A DNA stretch of 64,000 bases, taken from NCBI GenBank assembly GCA_037447435.1, contig JBBIGR010000003.1:32001-96000 (forward strand), read 5' to 3'. This stretch comes from Fibrobacteria bacterium. GTDB lineage: Bacteria > Fibrobacterota > Chitinivibrionia > Chitinivibrionales > FEN-1185. The notes beneath the pieces are model-generated. The model was not told the DNA's origin, ran no database searches, and was given only the letters and a program-made list of their open reading frames with translations. Positions 50,664 to 59,000 of this stretch are shown piece by piece (the stretch's first letter is position 1; every line of letters starts with the position of its first letter). A program made the translations under genes and the position numbers.

Positions 50664-53600
50664 ATGCGGAAAACTACTAAATACGGTTTAAACGCATTTG
50701 CCGGATCGATAATGGGGATTTTAATGCTCTGGGGCTTTGTTTCAGCTCAACAAAATTTCCCTGCCACGATTTGGAAACATGTAACATTTTACGATTTTCA
50801 TTCCGATAAATCGAACCCCGAATTCGAACAACCCCACACCGGAGCCGTTCGACTCGGCATGGTCGCCGATACTCTCGATGCACAGAGAAAGCCGCAACTT
50901 GGACCTACGCCGTATAGAAATTACGGAATTTATAAGTGGTTTCGCCCTTGGGTAAAAGGTGATCCGGCAAATAATACAAATCCCAGTTACACGACATTGA
51001 CGGCGCCGTCCGAGTATACCGCAACATTTCAATATAATGGAATGGTTACAACCCCCCTTAATGATACGCCGTTCATAAATGCCGTTGTCAAAGATTCATT
51101 ATTATTCACCCATATCGGCAATGGTGTTTACCAGTATTCAAACCAGAACTTTTTTATGCTCGACGGAAGAGGTTTAGGAAACGACGGACTGGCCCATAAT
51201 TTTTCATTTACCATGGAAATGCATGATACTTTTACGTATGTAAAAGGTTTAACATTTGCATTTGAGGGAGATGATGATGTTTGGGCATTTATTAATAATC
51301 ATCTCGTTATGGATTTGGGCGGAATTCACCAGGCTGCAACCGGGCAATTTAGCATCGATGCGATAGCTCCCCAGTTAGGGCTCGTTGCAGGAAACAGATA
51401 CCCTTTTGATTTGTTTTATGCTGAACGTCACTCGACCGCCTCAGACATTAAAATCACGACAAATTTGATCAATCCTCAAATTAAAAATCTGACATTAGTT
51501 GCCGTTCCTCCCAGAGACACTATTGCGGCCGGTGATTCGGTCGTATATTTCGGCAAAATTTATGATGATACCGGTACGGGCGGCGAACGAAAAGAATTTG
51601 AAGGTCAGATCTCTTGGAGTTTACAACCTGCAACATCGGCGACAATATTGAGTTCGCTCAAAATACCTCCGGGTACTACCACTAATTCCAATACTTTCTA
51701 TGGAAGAACGGCCTACCAATCCTATATAATCACGGCCACATTCCCTAATCCTCAAGCACCGGGCAGTATTCTGACCGCTTCTTTGAAAGTGTATGTGAAG
51801 GCTGGAAAAGAATATAAAGCCTACATTGAACCGGATTCGAATATCAATACTAAAGACACAAGCGTAGCAAGTTTACAAAGGCTTAGAACTCCATTGGAGG
51901 TTGCAAGTGTCGTTATGACCGGCACGCAAAACCAAAAAGCTGTTTACGGCGTAGTCCGAGACACTTTTGGCAACTTTGTGAGAATGGCATCCAATGCGGT
52001 ATGGAGCGAAGTCGGAAATGCGGGCATCGCAAGTGCGACAAATGGGAATCCTCCGTTTATCGGCCTTATCAACCGAACCACAAACGGTAACACCACGATT
52101 CGTTTGAACGTAAAAGATTTGGTTACTCAAAAAGACCTGTTGCCGGATGATGTGCCGGTTCAGATTTATGCCGGATATTTTACAAAACTTAAATTCGTTG
52201 ATGCAACGACGGGACAAGACGTCACCTTTATCAGTATGGATACGGACCATGATAAATCCTTAATTCTTAAAGGTATTTTATCCACGGATGTTTCAGGGAC
52301 CAATTGGGTGGATGCATCGGGAGCTTGGTCCATGACTCCGGTTATTCCTGCAGAAATTCCGGTGCCGACTTCGAGTGCCAATTCTTGGCAGTTTAAGCCG
52401 ACCGCTCCGGGGCTTCAGCCTCCGGCCGTCAATATCCTTTCTGCAAAAACGGATTCTGCTTCCGTGAGCATCGATGTCAATATTTTCGTTGCTCCGCCAA
52501 GCAAGGCGACATTCACCGTGATTACTTCACCGGATTCAATCGTAGCCGGACAACCCTTCAAGGCAGTTGTTACCATTTCCAATAAAGACGGTCTTGTCCC
52601 CGGGACATATTGCTTTAAAGCAGATACGGGAGCCGTTTATCAGGACTCACTCGGAAAAGGTACGACAACTGTTGATCCGACAGTCGGTTCTAAAAATGGA
52701 ACTACGGGCGTGATAAACGATGTTCCGAATGCAAATCAAAAAATCGATGAATGCTTTAAAAACGGCGTCGATACGGTGACTTTGACGTTGTATCGCGCAC
52801 CGTATCCGTGCCCGGTTTGTTCGGATACAATGCATCGGCTAACGGTTATTTTAGACACGGTTCACGCCTTGACGGTTCCAATAAAACTTCTTCCCGGACC
52901 GCTTAACAGATTGCAATTGGAAAACGCACAGGGAGTGCATTTGATCGGACCGGATACCATTGCCTATCGTGCACCCGGGTTGACGATATATTCCGTCGGA
53001 TATGATCTTTATGGAAATCGCATCGGAAGAGTGTCCTCCAACTGGGACACCACCGGAAATTTGCATGCGCCGAGCCAGACTAAAAATACTCCGCAGGTAT
53101 TTATCGACGGTCAGAATGTCACGGTCGATGAAATAGGATTCTTAAGAGCAAGGGCTTTACGGAATGCGGCGATCAATGATTCGACCGGCGATAGTTTGAA
53201 ACTGGTCATTGCGGGTCCCGGAACGGTTCTCCAGTCGGCAGTTACCCGTGATTACAACGGTAACGGCTATCTGGACGCTATAGAATTGACCTTTACTTTA
53301 CCGGTAGACGGCATGGTCGGTCCCGGAGCAAATCCCGTATTTACCATTGTTGACACTATCGGAACGACCATTGTCCATTTTGTTGCCGACTCGGTAGTTC
53401 AGGTCGGAGCCGATAAAAAACATTTTACCGTATTTATGAAAGAGGATTCTGCCACGGTTAGGAATGCTCCGCAAACAGCCTGGACTCCTACCGTGTATAT
53501 ATCGGGGCTTGTTAACCCTGAATACGCAACATGTTTGGATGGGGCTGGTCCGGTCATTTGGAGTGTGACCAAAACCATCAATAGCGTTTCCGACCGGACA

Positions 53601-54413
53601 AAAGATGAAGTCCGTGTCGTATTTTCCGAAAAAATCAGCGGTGCAAACGCGAATGTTTTTTCCGCCGCAGGTACCAAGCCGGCACTGGTTTTGTATGTGT
53701 GGGGAATCGATACTACCGGGAAATTCGGCCTTCTGAATACGTTGGGGGACAATACGGTTTCCTCTAACGGTCACGATTCTATAATCATGAAAATCGATGC
53801 GTTTACCTACATCAATGATAGTACCTACAGTTTTAAAATGACCAACAATCTCGACTTGACACAGCATAATTATATGTCGATCGATAGCGCCACCAATAAA
53901 GTGTTCGACAAGTCGAATTTGTTGACAACCGGAGGAAATCCGCCGAACGGGCAAAACAGATTGACTCCTGTTGTGGTTAAAAACGGCGCACCGACGGAAA
54001 TTATTGCAGTACCCAACCCTTCTGCTCCAATTTTTACACACGAAATGCCCGGTACATTCTCTGCTGTTAATAACTTGAAGGCCAGAAATTGGGTATCCAA
54101 CGATGGAGCGGGAACGGTAGTTACCTTTATTATGTCGTGGCCAAAGAGTGCCGACGAATATATTGATTTGCAAGTCAAGGTATATGACGCAATCGGCAAT
54201 GCCGTAAATGATGCCTATACGCGAATTACCTATGATGCAACAAAAACAAATTCTGTTGACAGCTACGACATTTACTGGAACGGTTCGAATGCAAAAGCAA
54301 TGAAGGTGGCTCCCGGCATATATAGAATTGCGGTAACACTCTATTACAACAATGTTAAAACAGGAGTGTCGACCAAGACTAAACTTTGGGGAGTTGCCGG
54401 TATAGCATATTAA
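50664..54413 (+). CDS. Fibro-slime domain surface protein (short paralogue)
   Basis: Signal peptide; YDFHSD.SNPEFE, HNFSFTMEMH, FEGDDDVWAFIN..LVMDLGGIH, FYAER (PA14/fibro-slime); DYNGNGYLD; C-terminal WNGSN..MKVAPGIY. Confidence 0.9.
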   Translation: MRKTTKYGLNAFAGSIMGILMLWGFVSAQQNFPATIWKHVTFYDFHSDKSNPEFEQPHTGAVRLGMVADTLDAQRKPQLGPTPYRNYGIYKWFRPWVKGDPANNTNPSYTTLTAPSEYTATFQYNGMVTTPLNDTPFINAVVKDSLLFTHIGNGVYQYSNQNFFMLDGRGLGNDGLAHNFSFTMEMHDTFTYVKGLTFAFEGDDDVWAFINNHLVMDLGGIHQAATGQFSIDAIAPQLGLVAGNRYPFDLFYAERHSTASDIKITTNLINPQIKNLTLVAVPPRDTIAAGDSVVYFGKIYDDTGTGGERKEFEGQISWSLQPATSATILSSLKIPPGTTTNSNTFYGRTAYQSYIITATFPNPQAPGSILTASLKVYVKAGKEYKAYIEPDSNINTKDTSVASLQRLRTPLEVASVVMTGTQNQKAVYGVVRDTFGNFVRMASNAVWSEVGNAGIASATNGNPPFIGLINRTTNGNTTIRLNVKDLVTQKDLLPDDVPVQIYAGYFTKLKFVDATTGQDVTFISMDTDHDKSLILKGILSTDVSGTNWVDASGAWSMTPVIPAEIPVPTSSANSWQFKPTAPGLQPPAVNILSAKTDSASVSIDVNIFVAPPSKATFTVITSPDSIVAGQPFKAVVTISNKDGLVPGTYCFKADTGAVYQDSLGKGTTTVDPTVGSKNGTTGVINDVPNANQKIDECFKNGVDTVTLTLYRAPYPCPVCSDTMHRLTVILDTVHALTVPIKLLPGPLNRLQLENAQGVHLIGPDTIAYRAPGLTIYSVGYDLYGNRIGRVSSNWDTTGNLHAPSQTKNTPQVFIDGQNVTVDEIGFLRARALRNAAINDSTGDSLKLVIAGPGTVLQSAVTRDYNGNGYLDAIELTFTLPVDGMVGPGANPVFTIVDTIGTTIVHFVADSVVQVGADKKHFTVFMKEDSATVRNAPQTAWTPTVYISGLVNPEYATCLDGAGPVIWSVTKTINSVSDRTKDEVRVVFSEKISGANANVFSAAGTKPALVLYVWGIDTTGKFGLLNTLGDNTVSSNGHDSIIMKIDAFTYINDSTYSFKMTNNLDLTQHNYMSIDSATNKVFDKSNLLTTGGNPPNGQNRLTPVVVKNGAPTEIIAVPNPSAPIFTHEMPGTFSAVNNLKARNWVSNDGAGTVVTFIMSWPKSADEYIDLQVKVYDAIGNAVNDAYTRITYDATKTNSVDSYDIYWNGSNAKAMKVAPGIYRIAVTLYYNNVKTGVSTKTKLWGVAGIAY

Positions 54414-54433
54414 TTATTTGTTCGCGTGACTTT

Positions 54434-54473
54434 AAAACCTCCTGGAAGAACATTGCTTTCAGGAGGTTTTTTT
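54434..54473 (+). terminator. Intrinsic terminator
   Basis: AAAACCTCCTG...CAGGAGGTTTTTTT. Confidence 0.8.
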
Positions 54474-54601
54474 ATTGATACGCCCGTAAAATCCGCGCAA
54501 AAACGGTCCGATTTTTGCAGTTGCTTTCGCTTATAGGATATAGTGCTTTTATCCTTTTAGTCTTGGAGCCTAAAATATTTAGCTGGCCTCCTGTAGGAAA
54601 G

Positions 54602-54932
54602 TGTTTCAAGGTGCGTTTGGTTTCTTCCGCTTTAAAAGGCTTTGTAACAAGAGTCAATTTCCTTGTAACAGCGATAAAAAAAACGCTTCAAAATACCAAA
54701 ATTATGTAACAGAATCTCTTTTTTAGCTTCAGAAAGAAAATTTAATGTAACAGAATTCTTTTTATCTGTAACAATGTCACAATGATTTTATAAAACCTCT
54801 GTCAATTAATTTTTAAACTCGGTTACAAAGATTTTTGAATAAGTTACATATTTTTTATGCACCGTTTCACCTTTTTTTCAGATTGTTTCATAAAAATTCG
54901 TATGTGTCACATTACTTTTAAGCAATGTTAGC
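54602..54932. repeat. 21-bp-periodic array of a degenerate TGTAACA/NGTTACA/NGTTTCA heptamer (~16 units)
   Basis: Motif starts at 54602, 54622, 54643, 54664, 54684, 54705, 54725, 54746, 54767, (54775), 54800, 54821, 54842, 54863, 54884, 54905, 54926, with variable AT-rich spacers. Confidence 0.75.
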
Positions 54933-55195
54933 CGTCTTTTGCCGGCTGTTTGTTATTTTTCCAACTCGGTCATCTAAGTTTTATAGCCTGCCGGTTCCCT
55001 TCTTTCCCTTTTCGTTTCGCCATGATGGCATGTTAGCCGATTTTTCCATTTTCCGATCCGTCTCAATTGAATGGAAATGGCGTCTTTTAACCGCCCCACC
55101 AACCAGCAAGTATCTCGATATTAATGAGAACAATTTTCTTAATGCTTTGATGGAGTTATCCCATGACTAAAAGGATTACTTTTTCTGATGAGCAT

Positions 55196-55435
55196 CTATC
55201 TTTTGACGATGTGAATGAACATCACGAGATAGTGTTGATCGTAATATTCCGCGCCGCGGATGTTTTCATGGATCAACGGCTTAGGAGATGAAGTCAAGGC
55301 GATATTAATATCCGGCAATGGTTGTTCATCGAGTTTTTTATCGAGTATTATTTTAATGGTCCTGTAGTTGACGGCGTTGTAACGGATTGCTCTTTGACAC
55401 GCCCGTTCGATACGATTTTTTGGGAAGCGCGGCAT
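55196..55435 (-). mobile_element. IS21-family transposase (IstA) C-terminal remnant
   Basis: RIERACQRAI....NYRTIKIILDKKLD...HENIRGAEYY is the typical IstA C-terminus. No DDE core or istB is present. Confidence 0.8.
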
Positions 55436-56035
55436 ATAGCTGCTTATTTAAATTGCTCCAAGTGAATGGACAAAGAACAAAACCGTTATTCATAATAATT
55501 CCTAGCCGTATTTACCTCTTGCATGACAAAAATTAATGGCAGAAGCACTATTGAGTTGCCAAATCCTATTGTAATGCCCTGATTTTAAATCGATTAAATA
55601 AATCTTTCATAATTATTGAACCTCCACAACCTAAATGGCGACAATAGCCATGGGATACTATCGGTTGTAGAAAATTGAAGATTTTGAAGAAAATAGGTCT
55701 TTAAAGTTTGGGTATTTTGTATTTTATTTTCATAGTGTAGACCTTTACAATATTATTTTTGTTTTTCTATTTTAATTAATAGTGCTGTAGTTTTACTCTG
55801 GCCGGAAGTTTTGAACCGCTGAAATTTTATTAAAAAATAGGGATTTGCGTTTAGTAATTATATGTAATATAAAATATCTACGTTTGTCGCGTAGATATGA
55901 TAACCGTTACAACAATCCGGTTGCGGAGCAACGGATCAAAATATTTTTTGGTATTCAATTTGCTGAATTATTAGTATTTAACTTTGTAAATTAGTTGTCC
56001 GGCTAGGCCGGTTGGATTATACATCGAAAGGGACA

Positions 56036-59000
56036 ATGATGAAAAAGATGTTTGCAGCAGGTTTGATTTTTGTGATGTTTGCAGCAATCGGTATCATGGC
56101 GCAGACTTATCCGGCAACGTTAAATGTACCTGTTACTTTTTTTGATTATCACTCAAATGGCAGTAATCCCGATTTCAACCCGGGGCATTCCGGTGATTGG
56201 TATATTTCCGGTAGACATTATAATATGTTGGCAGATACCCTTGATGCGAACGGATTGCCGACAATTGGAACCTCGGTCAATTTAAATTGGGGAATCAATA
56301 AATGGTTTCAATCCTGGACGCCGGGTGATTTTCGAAAACCGGTATATTATCGTCTTGCTGATGCGCCTAACCCGATCGGAGCATTAAAAAGTGTCACGGC
56401 AAATAGTGGGACTGACACGAATTACAAAAACATAACTATACAGGATAACCTGGTATTTACTTATGTTCCAAATTCTCCGGGGCTTTACACATTTAATGAT
56501 GATGCATTCTTCAGATTAGACAATCGGGGGTTTGGAAATGAACCAACTTGGGTTTATAATTATGGAACCGGCTCAACCGCAGTAGTAAACGACCATAACT
56601 ACTCCTTTGCCATGCATATGCATTGGCCATTTACATATACTCCCGGGCAGAAATTCAATTTCAAGGGCGACGATGATGTTTGGGTATTTCTAAATCACAA
56701 AATGGCATTGGACATTGGCGGAATTCATGAAGCCGTGTCGGATTCTTTCGTTCTTGATGATGCATTTGTAACTGCAAACGGTTTAAATATGGTTGCGGGC
56801 GGACAATACGATTTTGATATGTTCTATTGCGAACGTCAGTCAACGGCATCTCATATTCAAATTACTTCAAATATCGTTACCGCTAAACCCGATACCATAA
56901 AAATGACAGTCCATCCTGATACCAATGTTGTTCCTGCTGGAACCGTCATTAAATATATTGCGCATGTAGAAAAAACCGGCGGATTGTTTTGTGACCAATG
57001 CAGCAAAAATGTGAAATGGAATCTGTCTCCAAATACGACAAGAAGTTATTTGACGCCGGCAAGCCCCACGCGAGGAGATACCGGAACATTTTATGCGATT
57101 GATGCATACCAGAAATATATAATTACCGCGACTTATGATTCAATCATCCAGCAAACAGGTTATTATGATACCGTCCATATCAAATTCGTCGATACGGTTA
57201 TGGTAGTTCCGGGCCCTGCCACCCATTTGAATATAGAACAGAACTCGGATAGCATGGTTAGTTTACGAAGTGATAACCGGCTTGGCGCTCTGACAATTTC
57301 AAACACGGTTCTAACTCAAAATGTTTACGGCATTCTTCGCGATGCATATGGCAACTGGGTCAGTCACGCAACAAATGATTCTTGGCTGAGCAGAGATACG
57401 ACGGTGGTTACTGCAACTGCTACCGGGCAAACTCAACTCGGAGAGGGCCAAATCAAACGAATTTCTGCTGTTGATGCCAACACGGTTGTGCGTGCATCAA
57501 AAGGTGCTTTTTTCGATACCCTTCAGGTACATGTTTCGACAGTCACATACTCTCAAATACAGATTTATGTCCTTGATGGAGGAATTAAACCTATCGATTC
57601 CTTAGTAATGCGGTCCGACCAGGACTCGACCTTGTTTGCTCGAGGCTTACGGGCCGACGGAAGCGGAATTTGGGATCCATTATCCGTAACCTGGACGTAT
57701 AGTTCCGGGTTAAAATTTGATAACAATCCCGGCCAAGGAAAGTCCTGGACTGTCAGTCCTATCGATACAACGGCACGGGGATACATTTACATTGCGGACA
57801 CATCCAATAGTATTGTTCTTCGGGATTCTGTAAAAGTTCGATTCCTTCCGGGATTACCGAATACCGAGGTTTTATATCCATTAGCGGGAAAGCCGAATAC
57901 GACCGTGCCGGCAAATCCGCCGTTCGCCGCAAATGCGTTTATAAATGTTGTTGCCGGAGATTCATTTCAAATAGTTGCAAAATTATTCGACAAAAACAAC
58001 CTTTGGCTCAGTTCCTATGAACGTGCGGATGCCCCCATTACTTGGTCGATGCAAGAATTGACGGGTAATGCAAATACGGCGACATTGACTCCTGCAAACA
58101 ATCTCGGCTATTTGACAAAGTTCGTGGGTACAAAGGCAGGAACCGTTGTAAAGGTTACCGCCTCGTACCAGGAGAACGGACTAACAGTCACTCCCCAAAG
58201 TTTGACTTTGGTAATTATTCCCGGGCCACCTACGCATTTGGTCGTTGAAAGTGATTCTATTAAATCCAGAAGCCCCAACGCAGACCAACCGCTGCAAACC
58301 GTTACTATCGGCGGGCGCGATACTCTGGCGACGGTATATGCCATCTTACGAGACAAATTCGGCAACTGGGTCGATTTTTCGAAGATAACAACATGGTCTT
58401 CCGCTGATGTGACTCAAGCAACGGTTTTATCCGGTAATGCTTCTGTTGGTCAAGGTCTTATATCGAGGGTGGCAAAATCCGGGCAAACTATAATTACCGC
58501 AAAGGATGTTTCCGGTTTTTCCGGAACGGTTACAGTTAATCTTAGCAGTATCACCTATGATTCACTTCGAATTGTTGTCGGGCCCAATAATGACCTTATA
58601 AGTTCTTTAAATATGCGGACCGATGTCGGCGATACGACGCTCAATGTGCAAGGAAAGCGATCCGATAATGGTCAATGGGAATTTGTCCCGGCCAATTGGG
58701 CGATAAATCCGGCTTTGCGTACGTCGACAGTACCTTCTCAAACTAGTTCCTGGAAATTTACTCCAATAGATACGGGGTCCGGAATAATTGTGGCAAGCAG
58801 ACAGGGAACTTCCGGGATCATAGCGGATACGGTAAAAATCCATTTTATGCCTGGTCTTGCATATAGTCTTGCTTTATATCAAGCGCCCGGCACACCGGGC
58901 GGCGCGAATCAGGCTTTTCAGTCTCCGGGAACGGTATTAATTGATACTGCGGGAAAACCGTTGCCGATTTATGCAAAGGTCTTCGATAGAAACGGCATTT

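Noticed and set aside
54602..54932. CRISPR array interpretation of the periodic repeats
   Set aside because: The repeat is only ~7 nt and degenerate, spacers are ~14 nt, and there are no cas genes in the window.
54472..55170. Short ORFs 54472-54657, 54515-54709 and 54925-55170 as functional genes
   Set aside because: No RBS or family motif. The first only reflects part of the 21-bp periodic tract.
55626..55945. Several small hairpins upstream of the long fibro-slime gene as a c-di-GMP riboswitch
   Set aside because: I could not match the GEMM consensus; an Infernal search would be needed.
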